Shown here one piece after another: positions 16,488-33,199 of a DNA stretch of 64,000 bases. The notes under the pieces were generated by a model that saw only the letters and a list, made by a program, of their open reading frames with translations, had not been told where the DNA came from and did no database searches. How positions within the stretch are numbered: position 1 is the stretch's first letter; each line of letters begins with the position of its first letter. The translations under genes and the position numbers were made by a program. The stretch comes from the human T2T-CHM13v2.0 reference genome, Homo sapiens. The stretch is from NCBI RefSeq assembly GCF_009914755.1, contig NC_060926.1; one strand, 5' to 3'.

Positions 16488-17210
16488 GTAAGTGTGTTGG
16501 AAACATATCCTTTTGCATGAGTTACCAGATTCTGCAAGTGGGAGGCTGTTGATGTCCCTTCATACCTCACCTCTGGTTTCAGGCAACATGCCAATGATCT
16601 AATAGGACATGTTAATTGAGCACTTAGGAATTAAAGCAGTGGTAAAACTGCCAGATTTGAAAGACTAGTTTGTGTCCTTTAAGGGTTTTTTTTTTTTTTT
16701 TTTGCAACACTGTAAAATCCACATATCTTTTTCCTCTACCCCCTCTCATTTTACATTTTCAAATTGTTATAGCAGGGTGAGCCCTGAAGATTTCCTTTCA
16801 CCTCCCTTGCTTTTGTATTCAAAGATGAAGATACTGGAACCTAGAGATACTCCCTAAATGGGTTTGCTTTTAGGCAGATAAGAACATGAATTTAAGAAGG
16901 CAGCATGTTAACAGATGTGTGAGAATTGTTTTCTGTGTATCCAAATCCTTGTTTCACATTGAATGTTTTTAAAATGAATTTGAAATTCAGTATCTATTCA
17001 CCATGACCTAAGAGTATACAGAGGAAACAGTTAGAAATGACCAGTTGAGGGTAGGGTGTTTAATTGAGAAGTCAGCACACACTGGCAGCTCTTAAACCAA
17101 ATATTGGCTCGTTTAACTTGAAACTGTAAGTATTTTGAAATTCTTTGTAACATATAATATGCTGTAATTTCAACCCTTATTTCCCCTGTTGTTAGACATA
17201 GGGACTTTAG

Positions 17211-17351
<141 letters not shown>

Positions 17352-17386
17352 TAGATGAATTGGGTTTCTGCAGATTAATGCTTTAA

Positions 17387-17683
<297 letters not shown>

Positions 17684-18353
17684 TGAAAATGACTTAAGTC
17701 AGTCCCTTCGTGACATAGGAATGAGCTGAGTTTTGTGCACCTGTTGCAGGATATGACCCAAAGAAAATAAATGCTAATGGCGTGGCAGACCCTAAATCTG
17801 AATAAAGGTCTTTGACCCGGAAGCCTGTGTAATTCCTCTGTGCCAGTGTTGCCTCACTTCACTAACCACAGTCAGTGATGATTCTGTTTCCAAGTAATAG
17901 CCATGAGCATCACGCATCACGGGTGTGTGTGTCTTATGTGTATAACTTGGCTGCAAAATGAAATAGATATTCTGTATCTTTCACTAGGTGACTACTGTAT
18001 CATAAAGTCAGTAGGCTCTAGTCCCGCCCTCCTGCTTCACACGACTGCTCTAATGAGTGATAAAAGTATATCAAATTCCCAAGTGCTATAAAACAACGTC
18101 TTAACCACGTGGAGCTGGTGGCTGCTCCCATGTAGTGCACATGCCGTGATGAACACGTCACTGGAGCAAGGCCCAGGCATTGGCTTTTACATTTGTTCCA
18201 CTGTGAATCCTGGTGGGTTTCTGGAATCCTGGGATAAGCCTAGAATAAATAACAGCAACTTATTTTTACCTACCAAAAAATAGGTTGACAGTGAACAAAA
18301 GTGTGTTGGTTTTACATAACAATGATCACTCCTTGTTCCTTTCTTGTTTCAAG

Positions 18354-18439
18354 ATAGTAAAGAATATGGTCATACTTTCCGCAGTGACCTGAGAGAAGAG
18401 ATCCTGATGCTCATGGCAAGGGACAAGCACCCACCAGAG
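18354..18439 (+). CDS. PTCD3: PTCD3 coding exon DSKEYGHTF...DKHPPE
   Basis: ttcaAG|AT...GAG|GTaggc, 86 nt. Confidence 0.93.
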
Positions 18440-18891
18440 GTAGGCCTGAAACTCACCAGCCAGTATATCCTCCCATACTGAGGTCTTCTTAAGGCTAGCT
18501 TCCCTGGTTTTATCTGCCATTTTGGAGAGTTCTGCTACCCAAACCCATATTTGAGTGATGATACATCTAAACATATCTTGCCCTTAGCAGAAATCTGTTC
18601 TTAAAGTTACCCTCTTTCCTGTAGTCCAAAGCAAGCAACATGAAATTAGCTTCTGTCTTCAGCTTGCTTTTTTAAAAATCTCCATCTACAAAGGAAATGC
18701 ATAGCTGAATTTGAAAGTTGTGGCTAATCAAAATACTTAGGACAGGGTCCTTTTTTTATTAAATTACTTGTGTGCTATACACATAATATATTCAAATGGT
18801 AAAATGCATTGCTCAGATTTTAAGGATCCTGTGTTAGTCTCCTGAACTGAAATTCTCATAAAATCAGTTAGGCAGTTCTGCTGACTCCTAA

Positions 18892-19050
<159 letters not shown>

Positions 19051-19931
19051 TGAGTACAGTACCACAAGTATACACTTTAGAAGCTTTTGTATTTGAATCT
19101 AAAACATTGGCCCACGCTGGTAGAGGTTCTTTCATTTGGCCATATAACACGTATTTGATTCGGGAACTTGCAAATACCAACTAAAAAGCAAACTTTTGGA
19201 AGAAGACAGTATGCATGATGTAGTTGAGATAAGGCATAGTTCTCTCAAACCATACGCTGAGAATTATCTTTCTACTTTCTGTGTCTATGGACAAGTAAGT
19301 CACTTAACCTCATTATTCCACTTAAATGAACTAAAGATCAAAGAAATATATGATCAAAGAAACGTAGTTTTGAAAATGGTTTGGTCATTTGGGTTATTGA
19401 AGTATTTTTGGATGCTTCTCCCATCCCACTCTCCAGCTTAAAATGTGGGCTGTGTACTTAGACTTCTGGAAGCTGGCATTTACGCACATTAACTAAACTT
19501 GGCCTTGACCACAACCCGTCCTTGATTGGTGCCACTGTGTTCTGGTTATGTTTTTATCAGCACTTCATTCACATACTAATTTTTAGTGTTTGTGAATGGG
19601 AACCTTATGCATATTCATGTTTCCAAAAATGAGCAAAAGGATCTTTTGTAGGGGTAGTGACAGGTGGTTTTCCTGTATTTTGTTTTGTATATAAATGTGT
19701 GTTCTAAAAGTCATTAGTGGGGGGTGCTTGTGCATGGCTCCTTGTACAAGAAAGTAGCTTTATTTGAACATCTGATTGCTAGTCAGCTATCTCCAGGAAA
19801 AGATGATGAAGGCTTGTCTTTGAGGTGTGGCTCACACGTGTCTCTCTAGCAACTATGCTGCTAGTGACAGAGACGTATGACATTTGCATTTGGTTGTTAG
19901 CGCAGGCAGTTTGGCACACACTTGATACAAC

Positions 19932-20068
19932 CAGGCTGTGATGATTGGCGCAGGGGTACGGACCTCAGCTGAGTCATGGGAGCTGAATGTATGTGTTTCT
20001 CCTTTGTCCTGCGTGTGGCAGGCTGATGGGGAGCACTTACATGAGACTGTTGCCTCAATCTGAGCCTG
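19932..20068 (+). ncRNA. SNORD94: Box C/D snoRNA SNORD94 (U94), guide for U6 snRNA Cm62
   Basis: Terminal stem CAGGC/GCCTG; C box GTGATGA 19938-19944; D box CTGA 20060-20063; GCGCAGGGGT is complementary to U6 G59-C68 and precedes D' CGGA 19959-19962, and the fifth nt upstream of D' pairs with U6 C62; 137 nt. Confidence 0.93.
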
Positions 20069-20221
20069 CACTTCATAACAGAATTCTAAGACAGACTGAA
20101 CCCCTGCTGTACTTTAAGAGAGGGAAACAGCAGGTTCTGTTCTATGCCTCTTTTCCAGCTGTGCACAGGATGGATTCCCTCCTTAGAAGGACAGTGGTGA
20201 TCCTCTACAAGAGGACAAATA

Positions 20222-20314
20222 CAGTTGGAGTATCCCTTTTCCAAAATGCTTAAGACCAGAAGTGTATGGGGTTTTAGATTTTGGAGCATTTTTGGATTAG
20301 GAATATTCAACCTG
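20222..20314. mobile_element. Internally deleted Tigger4/MER46-type MITE
   Basis: CAGTTGGAGTATCCCT ... AGGAATATTCAACCTG TIRs, TA on both sides. Confidence 0.7.
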
Positions 20315-20582
20315 TACCAGCAAATCTTGACATTGGCAGCATATCAGATTTACCTGTGAAAACTGCAGTGTAGATTCGTTTGGGGAGTTTAAGCACCTGC
20401 GGTGATTCTCATGTACACACAGGGCTGGGAGCTAGTAGAGCCCACAGATGTGTGTCTTTGGGAGCTTACAGTATAGTTAAGAAAAGGGCATTTAGTCTCT
20501 GATTTCAGAGAGAAGACAGCTATAGTGTCTGATTGCCTTGTTTTTCTAATAGTATTCATAATCTTTTTCCTTTCTTGAGCAG

Positions 20583-20624
20583 GAAAATGTTGGGGCTTTT
20601 CAGGAAGCATAATAAGATTCCTAG
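20583..20624 (+). CDS. PTCD3: PTCD3 coding exon KMLGLFRKHNKIPR
   Basis: gagcAG|G...CCTAG|GTaagt, 42 nt. Confidence 0.93.
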
Positions 20625-20921
20625 GTAAGTTGAAATCAGCCAGCTCTCTTTGGGTACAGCCTGGAAGTAGCCACATTTGGAATTTCTTCACCAGCCTTAG
20701 CCACCACATTTGGGCACTCTTCTGTTAGGCAAGCATACCGTCAACTCCCTACTATCCAGGGCATCCTGAGGCAAGCAGTTTTTTATCTGTGTTCACGGAT
20801 CATCATACATTGGGGCTACATTGAATAGATCATCATGAAGTCATACTGAATGAATGTTGATAATCCATTTGGCCCTTTAGACTTTCTAACCTCACTGGAA
20901 ACAAGTAAAAATAAATGTTAG

Positions 20922-21203
<282 letters not shown>

Positions 21204-21444
21204 TAAGTGGTCACCATGAAGCATAGTTTGTAAAATGGAGACCTTTCATCCATCTGCCCATTCAAAATGTTCATAGCTTTCTATCCCTTCTATTTCCTTT
21301 CAAAAAGTCAGAATGTAGTAATTTAATGACTATTTCATTTGTCATGCAAGTCAGGAAAGCCTATAGATTTGACTGTTAGAAGCTTTTTGTTTCTAATATA
21401 GTTTAATGCAACTGCAGGGTCCCTTTTTCTGATTTCAAAACTGA

Positions 21445-21621
<177 letters not shown>

Positions 21622-23261
21622 AAGTGGAGATTCAGGAGCAGCAATGGTCTCACCATAGCTGCTGGAATCACACCTGAGAACTGAGATATACCAATATTTA
21701 ACATTGTTACAAAGAAGAAAAGATACAGATTTGGTGAATTTGTTACTGTGAGGTACAGTCAGTACACAGCTGACTTATGTAGATTTAAGCTGCTAATATG
21801 CTACTTAACCATCTATTAATGCACCATTAAAGGCTTAGCATTTAAGTAGCAACATTGCGGTTTTCAGACACATGGTGAGGTCCATGGCTCTTGTCATCAG
21901 GATAAGCCTGCACACCTAGAGTGTCGGTGAGCTGACCTCACGATGCTGTCCTCGTGCGATTGCCCTCTCCTGCTGCTGGACTTCTGCCTTTGTTGGCCTG
22001 ATGTGCTGCTGTGATGCTGGTCCTTCATCTTAGGTGTTCATGCAGTTCTAACACAGTTGGGGTTGGGTCAATAGTTTCCCAATTTCAGGATATTTCGATG
22101 TCAGAAATAACGCATCTTAGGAATGACTAAACAAGATAATGGCAGTTTAGGCTGCACAACTGGTAAAATGACTGTAGATAAATGTTGTAATTAGTGTACA
22201 CGTTTGTATTTTTGTTAATATAGCCGCTGCCATAGTTTTCTAACTTGAACAGCCATGAATGTTTCATGTCTCCCTTTTTTTTTGTCTATAGCTGTTACCT
22301 ATTTTAGTGGTTGAAATGAGAGCTAGTGATGACAGAAGGATGTGGAATGTCTTCTTGACATCATTGTGTATTGCTGGTAATCAAGTTGGTAACGACTACT
22401 TCTAGCAGCTCTTACCACTATGACTTAAGTGGTCCTGGAAGGCAGTAAGTGGAGGTTTGCAGCATTCCTGCCTTCATGAGGGCTTCTACCACTGACCACT
22501 TTGCACGTACCTGGCTCCCAGATTTACTTAGGTACCCCACGAGTCGTCCACATAAGCAGCTTCATCTTTACCTTGCCAGAGTTGACAATTATGGGATACT
22601 CTAGTCTACTTATACTTGTGTTCCCATCTGTCTGCCATCCTCTGAAGGCCAGGACCCAGTCATACATCCTTAGAAACCAAAGTATGGTTTTTGTTTTCTC
22701 TTGGAATGTCAGGTCTTAAGGCATTTAATTGAGGGACAAAAAAAAAAAAAAGCCGATATAGTAGCTAGCTACTTAAGCATCCATGGGTATTGCTCCATAT
22801 CAAAGCAGATTTGCAGGACAGAAAGAGTAAATTAGCCTTCAGTCTTGGTTTACAGCTTCCAAGGAGAGCCTTGGCCACCTGAAATGTTAACTCGGTCCCT
22901 TCCTGTCTCTAGTTCATCAGCACCTGCAGATGCCTGACTCTTGTTAGCCTTACTATTCAATACAGTCCTTAGATTCACGGTATGCCTCTTCCTATCCAGG
23001 CACCTATTCTGAATCACCATGTTGCTCTGCAGCTAGAGTTGATAGGAGAAAATCCATTTGGGTAGATGGCCTATGAATTTGTAGTAGACTTTCAAAATGA
23101 GTGATTTGTTAGCTTGGTACTTTTAAGTTTGTGGTACAGATCCTCCAAACCCATACTCTGAGCAATTAACTGCCTTGAACATAGAGAAAAATTAAGGCCT
23201 CACAGGATGAGTCTCCATTCTCTGTAAATGCTTATTTTATCATAGTCTTTAGCCTCTACTA

Positions 23262-23880
<619 letters not shown>

Positions 23881-24860
23881 ATGGGATTAAGGACTCATGG
23901 AATGGGAAGGGGAAGGGGAGTCTTACTATATGTGGAATAAACTTGCTCAGTGTTGCCACAGAGTTACATTACCAATGTGTAGAAGTCAGAAACTAGACTT
24001 CTAGTTTGGTTCAACATTTGAGGGTTGTTTTATAGCCATCAAAGTATTCAAGAGGTTGGATGGCACTCAAAAGATTCTACATGTCTAGAATCAAACTCAA
24101 ATCTGGCACGTAGGTGCTTCTTAGTAAATGCTTAATGAATGCCACCAACTCTGCAAAGTATTCATTGATTTTGAGACCTTAGTCATGTTGCTACTAAAAG
24201 TAGGGCATATGACCGCCTAAGAAACAGAACTTCGAGAAGTCCTAACGTAACCACAGTAAAGCAGACTCCCCTTTCAGCAACCTCAAAGCAAAAAAAAAAA
24301 AAAAAAAAAACCAGTTAGCTGCTATATAAACACTATACCAAGCACTAGGCTTAGAGGAAAAGATGTCAGATTGTACTGTCACTGGCTATGTACCCATATT
24401 CTCTAAGACAGGGTAGCATTTGTCTTTCAAACTGCAGGGTTTGAAATCAGTTTTTGTGGGTGATTGCAATTTTTTAATGAAATGCATTAGAACATCTAAG
24501 CACGTCACCTACAGTTTTGTGATGGTGCATTTTTGCATTGCAGTATAGATCTGTGCATAGATATATGCATTAAGTGTAGCAAATCGTGATGTAAATTTTT
24601 TACTGCTGGTCATGGTCAAAAAGTAAGATACGCTAGGAAATTGAGTCACTAGGAGCATGGATGTATAAGGCAGGTTTTATAGAACCATTTAGATTCAACA
24701 TTAATGGTAGAGTGGCATTTTACCAAAAAAATGGGTGTATTTGATTTGGGTGCTGTAAGGCAATTTGCTAGGACATGGGATAATCAGATTACACAAAATC
24801 TAGGCAGTGAACAAGTCTTCATCCTGGCCCAGGAAATAGCCTATTAAAAAATGCTGTCCA

Positions 24861-24990
24861 GGCCAGGCACAGTGGCTCACACCTGTAATCCCAGGACTTC
24901 GGGAGGCTGAGGCTGGAGGATTGCTTGAGTTCAAGACCAGCCTGAGCAACACAGTGAAAACCCATCTCAAAAAAAAAAAAAAAAACAAAC
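24861..24990 (+). mobile_element. Alu left monomer (FLAM-like)
   Basis: Single arm plus A tail; TSD aa(tg)ctgtcca-like. Confidence 0.8.
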
Positions 24991-26216
24991 CAAAAAAACT
25001 GTCCAGCTGTGGACTTTCAGGATTCAGGACTGCTGGGGATCAAGCCCAAGGATGTTTTTCAGAGCTCTGTGATTTAAGATGCTCGAAAAGAGTGTCCAAG
25101 AGGAGTAAAGGTCATGACAGAATTTACTCCCAGGACAATCTAAGTTCTGCCACAAGTACCCGTGGTGTCTGTTCCCACAACAATGGCCCTTTCACAAGCT
25201 CTTGCCTCACAACCCCTGCAGAAGTCCTTCAACAAAACTAATAATAGACTAGTGAAACCTACTCCTCACATGGGTAAGAGTTGCAGTGGGCAGGTGACCC
25301 TCCTCCCTGCCCCCATCCTTTGCTTCCTCAAGCTCCCTGCCAACCTCTGGATACATCAATGGGAAGGAAACCAGGGAAGCATAGACCTATAGTACAACAG
25401 GGGTGTAGTGACCACTGGACCTGATGAAGCGAATCTGCCTGAAATTTAATACGCCTTTTTATTTCCCTTCTGTGTTAAATCAAATGATCTGTTCTGCACT
25501 GAGCCAAGCAAGTTACTTTTAAAACTGGTGGCACCACTCATTTGGGACTTGGAGACTGCTTTTATCCAGAACCTGTTAAGAGAACAGGGGATTTAAATAC
25601 AAAGGAATATGAAGGTGGTGTGCCTTAAAGACAGTCTAAAATTAGGTTTTAGTTTGTTACATTATTTTGAAATATTAAACATGAAAATGTTAAATCAGGA
25701 TGTGTGAGTTTTAAGATGTTGAACACTGTCCTACATCAGTGAGGAGGGAGGCAATAAAGTAATTTCAGAGTAAAACAGATTGAGGATGAAACCAAGACAG
25801 AAGTGATGATTTGGCTTTTTATGATTTTTGCTGTGGAAATGGCAGTCGTGTGACTTTTCACTTGCAGTTTAAATGAAAGGGTGAAGAGAAGCCTACCTGC
25901 CCTAATGGCTCAGGGCTATATCCACCTCCCGGATAACCCTGGCCCTTGGGACTCCATCATCTCCTTGAAGTAGCACTGAGAATCCAAGAAGAGGCTCCGC
26001 TGCTTTTTGCACATGTTACTGAGTTACATCTCAGGAAGATTTTTAAGCACGAGGAAGGAAAATACAGGCCTGGCCAAGCAGGGTCCCCTTTTCGGTATCA
26101 TCTTTGTTCCTAATAAGCAATCAAGGGGGTGGGTGTGTTGGCTGGTAAAGGAACTACTAAGATTCAGAAGCTTGTAGTCTTCATTATTTTGTTTTACAGG
26201 TTAAAATAAACCACTT

Positions 26217-26611
<395 letters not shown>

Positions 26612-27669
26612 TTATAACCTATAATATTTTACATATACAAGTAGAATGGAAATTATAAGCATTTCTAATATGACAAATAGGGAAGTTTAGCTTTACAAGT
26701 AATGTATTTTGCAATTTTGTGCCATTCGAAAAAGGAAGACTGAATTTAGAACAGTCCTATTATCTCCTAATAAAAACTTAGTATCCTCTAGGTAGGTGCA
26801 CAGAGTGCCTCTGCCTTTGAGATGACGGGCATTAATCTCAGGAAGGAACACAAAGCATGTGTTCCAATCAGAAACTAAATATATTTTGTTGAATTAAGTA
26901 AATCCACTTAGGAGGGAATATAAGGACTATTGACAACATTAACACAAGCCAAAGGTGGACCAATATATCCCAAAATCAAAGGACAAGGCCAGTGCCATAC
27001 ACCTACAGATGCAGAAGCTGCCCCTTTTGTGATTCCAGATGTGTTGCCCAGATAAAAGTGCCTCCTCAATTTCTTTGTGAACACACAATCCCCAACAAAC
27101 AGTTGTAATTTTGAAGAAAGTTGACATTTTTATGTAGAGATGGTGGTCTTCATGGAGTAAAAGAATTTGTTAGTGCTTATGCAATATGACAGTTGTACTA
27201 ATCTTTAGAAAGATGAACTGAGAAAGTTCTCTGGGTTTTATAGCAATCTACATCAAATACACAACAAAACTATTTAATCTCTTCATTAAGATTCCAGGCT
27301 CCCCATCCCCCCACTTTGAAGGGATTCACAGCCCAGGTACTAGAAAGAACTAAGCTCCATTACCAGTGTTTTAGAACTGTCAGCTGTGACCCATAGAGGG
27401 CTGCTGAATTAACTTGTGGGTAGAGACCAACATTTTAACAAGTCACTAGAACGATATATCCCCAATTATAAATACATGTGGCACTTTGGCTTGTATATTA
27501 CTCTTTTGAGTCTGAGCAGCAGGAATCAATTCACCAAAACCTTCAAAGGCAAAAAGCAGGCTGTGGACTTCTGGTGACGCAATTCACAGCCTGGAAACTG
27601 TGAGCTAGAAGTTCCTACTTCTGCTGCTGTTGTTTCTCAAGGATATTTTCTGTACATACAACAAACTAG

Positions 27670-27965
<296 letters not shown>

Positions 27966-28016
27966 AGAACTGTACTTTTTGAAAAGGGATAAGATACTCA
28001 GTTTTCATCTTGTTGC

Positions 28017-28022
28017 TTTATT
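28017..28022 (-). terminator. IMMT: IMMT poly(A) signal AATAAA
   Basis: TTTATT on +, about 310 nt past the IMMT stop codon. Confidence 0.8.
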
Positions 28023-28333
28023 CAGTTTGCTCCGAGGGCAAAATCAACAGTAGTAGAGATCACAAACATTATTTTGATTGGCCTCACAAGCCTCATCAGT
28101 AAAACCTGAAAAAACAGAAAATGTTACACAAGTTGCAAAGAAAGCACTCCTGGCGTTCACTGACATGATAGCAAATGGAAAGAATATAAATGCAACAGGT
28201 GTTAACATTTAGAACAGTACTTGTAAACCTGCTCATTTCTAGACAAGTCCGGGACTCTCGCTGCGAACCCTTCATCTATCACTGCTGATTTCCTTTGACA
28301 TGAAATATGACTTTATGAAAATCTTCCTAAACC

Positions 28334-28947
28334 TCACTCTGGCTGCACCTGAGTGGTTCCTATTCCTACGGCGCTGGCATATGCTGTCAGGATTTCCACT
28401 ATCTGTTTCGTTTCTAGGGTCATTCGGGCTTCCTTCAGCCAGTCCTGTGCCACTCGTCTGGATTCCCCCTTCAGCTGATTGACAAACTTTGCTGCTAGCT
28501 CCAGATCACCATGCTCAATGCAATAGGAAGCATATGACAGTAATTTAAATGTGTTTATATCCTCAGGGCAGAGCTCTGGGGGCGGCTTCAGTTGCTGAGG
28601 TGGGAATAGGAGCAGGGACTGTAGGTAGGAGAGGAAGTACTGGTACAAGCTATTTCTGGTTTCATCAATCATTGCTACCCTTCGGGCCAGTTTTTGAACA
28701 GCATAGAAACGGGCTCTAAGGGTCTCTTCACTGTACACCCCACGGGTCAGGGACTCTGGAGGGATAGCTGCGGTTAAAGCTTGGGTGAATTCATTATCAG
28801 AACAGTTGGCTTTGATGGCCTCAACCGCACTACCCAGCGGGATAGTAGGTGTTTCTGCAGATGAGGTCTTCATGCTGTACTTTAATGCCTCCACTGAAAG
28901 CCAGAGTTGGTGGGCTTTTCTGGCTTCCTCTTCAGCAACTGCATGGC
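28334..28947 (-). CDS. IMMT: IMMT (MIC60/mitofilin) last coding exon, mitofilin domain ...VGIGTTQVQPE*
   Basis: ORF 28334..29050; acceptor tttgtAG|GC; recognisable MIC60 C-terminus. Confidence 0.97.
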
Positions 28948-29285
28948 CTACAAAGAAAAAAAGGCAAAGCCAAACATTTTTCTCTCCATCTGACAACATA
29001 CATCCACAGAACTGATGCACATTCAACAAGCTACATCTACACATGTGCAAGATGAGGCCAGAGAGACTTTCTTACAACCCCACCCCCACCACTTATTTCT
29101 GGTGTATTTTCCTAGCTGGCCTCTTCATATCAGGCAGTAAAGTCAGAAGTCATTCACATCTGCATGATATCTAATCCACATATTTTTACCTTTACTAGTT
29201 GAGAAAGAAACATATTATTTAAATTAGGCTAAGACTTAACGCTAAGGCCATGAGAAATTTTCTGCAAAGAAATGGGAGACTTCAG

Positions 29286-29590
29286 GGCCAGGCACAATGG
29301 CTCATGCCTGTAATCCCAGCAATTTGGGAGGCCGAGGTGGGGTGGATCACTTGTGGTCAGGAGTTCAGGACTAGCCTGGCCAACATGGTGAAACCCTGTG
29401 TCTACTAAAAATACAAAACCTAGCCAGGCGTGGTGGCACGCACCTGTATTCCCAGCTACTCAGGAGTCTGAGGCAGGAGAATCGCTTGAACCCAGGAGGC
29501 GGAGGCTGCAGTGAGTCGATATCACACCACTGCACTCTACCCTGGGCGACAGAGCAAGACTCTGTCTCAAAAAAAAAAAAAAAAAAAAAG
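29286..29590 (+). mobile_element. Alu
   Basis: TSD AAGAAATGGGAGACTTCA. Confidence 0.92.
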
Positions 29591-29979
29591 AAATGGGAGA
29601 CTTCAAACGAACTTAACAGACTACTGGATCTTGAAATTCCATGAGTATTGAATTTATTTTTATTGTTATGTGACAAAAAAAGATTCCATAACATCCTAAA
29701 AAAACCCATTTTATTAATACCCTCATTGTCATGACATTTCTCTTTCAATGTGGCACATGGAGGCCTCAGCATAAATACTGTCCATTTGGTAGTTGGACTC
29801 GGCAAATCACCACCTCCAGATAACCCACCAAGTCTGTGGAAGGCAAGCATGGGACCACACTGACCCCTAGCCCTTACCACCCAGGCACATGCGACATAGC
29901 CAAAGGATACTGGGTAAATAGCCTTGTAAATGGTGATTTTGTGTTTGTCATACAAGGTATAAATTTCTAGTTATATAGA

Positions 29980-30015
29980 TTTTGCCATTACTTTTAATGG
30001 CAAAAACTGCAATTA
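29980..30015. mobile_element. MADE1 central fragment lacking both TIR ends
   Basis: TTTTGCCATTACTTTTAATGGCAAAAACTGCAATTA. Confidence 0.75.
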
Positions 30016-30138
30016 AGTAGAGTGATTAGTATTTTTATGTCCTGATGTCAGTACATGTACCCCATTTTCCCTATAAAATTATTTTGATAAATTATGCTGA
30101 GGAAAATTATCTGTAAGATAAACATAGCTTATGCTTAC

Positions 30139-30268
30139 TCTGAACAGCCTGTTCGATTCCTCTGAGTCTGGCATAGGCAGTATTTATATCCAGAGTAAAG
30201 TTGTCAACTTGCTCTTGACTGAGACGACGAAATTGTAATTCTTGTTCAGAGAGTTTCTCAGACAGGTT
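30139..30268 (-). CDS. IMMT: IMMT coding exon NLSEKLSEQ...GIEQAVQ
   Basis: tttcAG|AAC...CAGA|GTaagc, 130 nt. Confidence 0.95.
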
Positions 30269-30422
30269 CTGAAATAAAACAGAAATAGTTCCAGAAAAAA
30301 GTGATACTCAATGCATGTCATGTAACTGTGTAATCTTCCAGCAACTACTTGCTGAAGCAAAGAGGGCCTTAGAGTTGTCACGAAATTCCTACATTTTGTG
30401 TAAAGTTTCAAAAATGTCCTGA

Positions 30423-31154
<732 letters not shown>

Positions 31155-31773
31155 TAAATTATCTGTACTGCAAACCTAAACATAATAATTAGATTAAATT
31201 ATATTCTAATATCTTGTATTTAAGAGCTTATACATTAATTTTTCTCAGAAAAATATCCAAATAGAATTTAAAATACCTTTTCATACTGACATACATCGCG
31301 ATTCTCTGGAAGATTTTACTTAGAAAACCTCAATATCTTCTTGCAAGACAAAGTAACAAGTTAATATTACTGTAAATGATTTCTTGAATAGAAACTATGA
31401 TTACAGGCATCCTGATAATTTACTGGGATTTCAAAACTTCTCTGGGAAATTACCTCAGTTATAAAAATCTAAGCAGTACCATGCCATCTATAGGAGGAAG
31501 ATACACATGTCAAATATTACTGTCTGCATTCCTGAAATCCCCTTTACCAACTCTCCTTAAAGCTCTGAAGATTCCAAATGACTAGAATATATATTTTAAA
31601 AACACATCTGATCATGAACACACAGGTACACCATTATGTAAAAAGAAGCAGTTTTGTAGACATACAAGGAGATTTCCAAATCTTCGACATCCTCAGAGTA
31701 CATTAAAAGGAAAGGAGAGTCTCTTAATCCTGTCAGGAAGAGGGGTGTGGCTGAAGGGAGTCCAGGTCCTCAC

Positions 31774-31905
31774 CTGCTCAAATTCAGACTTCAATTCCTG
31801 TTCTTGTACCCTAAGGACATCTCGCAAGTGATCAGTGTGGGCAGCTGCCTGTCGGCGAAGCTGGGTTCTCATTTCATTTTCCATGGCATCTCTGACTTCT
31901 TCTAT
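31774..31905 (-). CDS. IMMT: IMMT coding exon IEEVRDAMENE...SEFEQ
   Basis: tcacAG|ATA...CAG|GTgagg; ORF 31693..31917. Confidence 0.95.
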
Positions 31906-32398
31906 CTGTGAAACCAAACATAGTAGTTATTAGTTTTCAATTCTCCACATATACTTTTAGGAAAACAGAAAGACCACTATCAACCATGACAACAGCAGCT
32001 TCCATATCCTGAACGCCTCTAATGTGCCAGGCATGTGTACACTTCTACTTCTCATGTGAAACGGAAAACTAAACCCTGGAAGGTGATTCAAACAAGATCA
32101 CACAGCTGTGGCAAAAACCAGATTTCAAACAAAGGTCTCTCTCACCCCCAAACTTGTGGTTTTTCCACATCACCAGGCTGCCTCTCATATAAAACACTGC
32201 CATTTCCTGAATCACATGCTCCTCTGAGAAATAACTAAATCCAGGATATGAAAAAAAGTAACTATATACTTGGAATCAAGCGTAGCTTTACTACAACCAT
32301 CTGTGTGACCTTGGGGAAATGATTTATCTTCTCAAATCTCCACTTTCTCATTTGTGAGTAATAATGCCTACTTTGAAGAATCATTAAGAAAATTAGTT

Positions 32399-32784
<386 letters not shown>

Positions 32785-33199
32785 TTAAATTCAACATGGG
32801 CCAAAAAAAACCAAAAAATATACCTTGCCTAACAAATAGCCATAGGTCACTTTACAAATTACTTAACACTGATTACCTGAAATCCAGAACTTATTTTTTC
32901 TCAGAAACAATATAATAAATCAATGAATCCATTCAGTCAGTGCATAAGTATGAAGTGCTACTAGCCCTGTGTGCCAGGCAGTGCCTACTATCTGTACGGA
33001 TCCAATGGTGCTTAGGGCAGACGAACTTCTTGCTCTCACAGTGTATATCTCAATGGAGGCAGCAGACAGTAAACAAAAAAGACATCTGAGATTGTGATAC
33101 ATATTTCTACATATGACTGAGCAGGCAAGGACCTGTTGTGAAGCATCAACACCCCTTCAACCTCCTTTTCCCCCACCTTACATTTAAAATAAACAGGGC

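Noticed and set aside
19800-19915. C-box-like ATGATGA (19803-19809) and a second GCGCAGG upstream of SNORD94
   Set aside because: No suitably placed D box or terminal stem; a 7-nt match is expected by chance.
28948-29050. N-terminal extension of the 238-aa ORF (MHMCRCSLL...)
   Set aside because: Intronic sequence upstream of the tttgtAG acceptor of the last IMMT exon.
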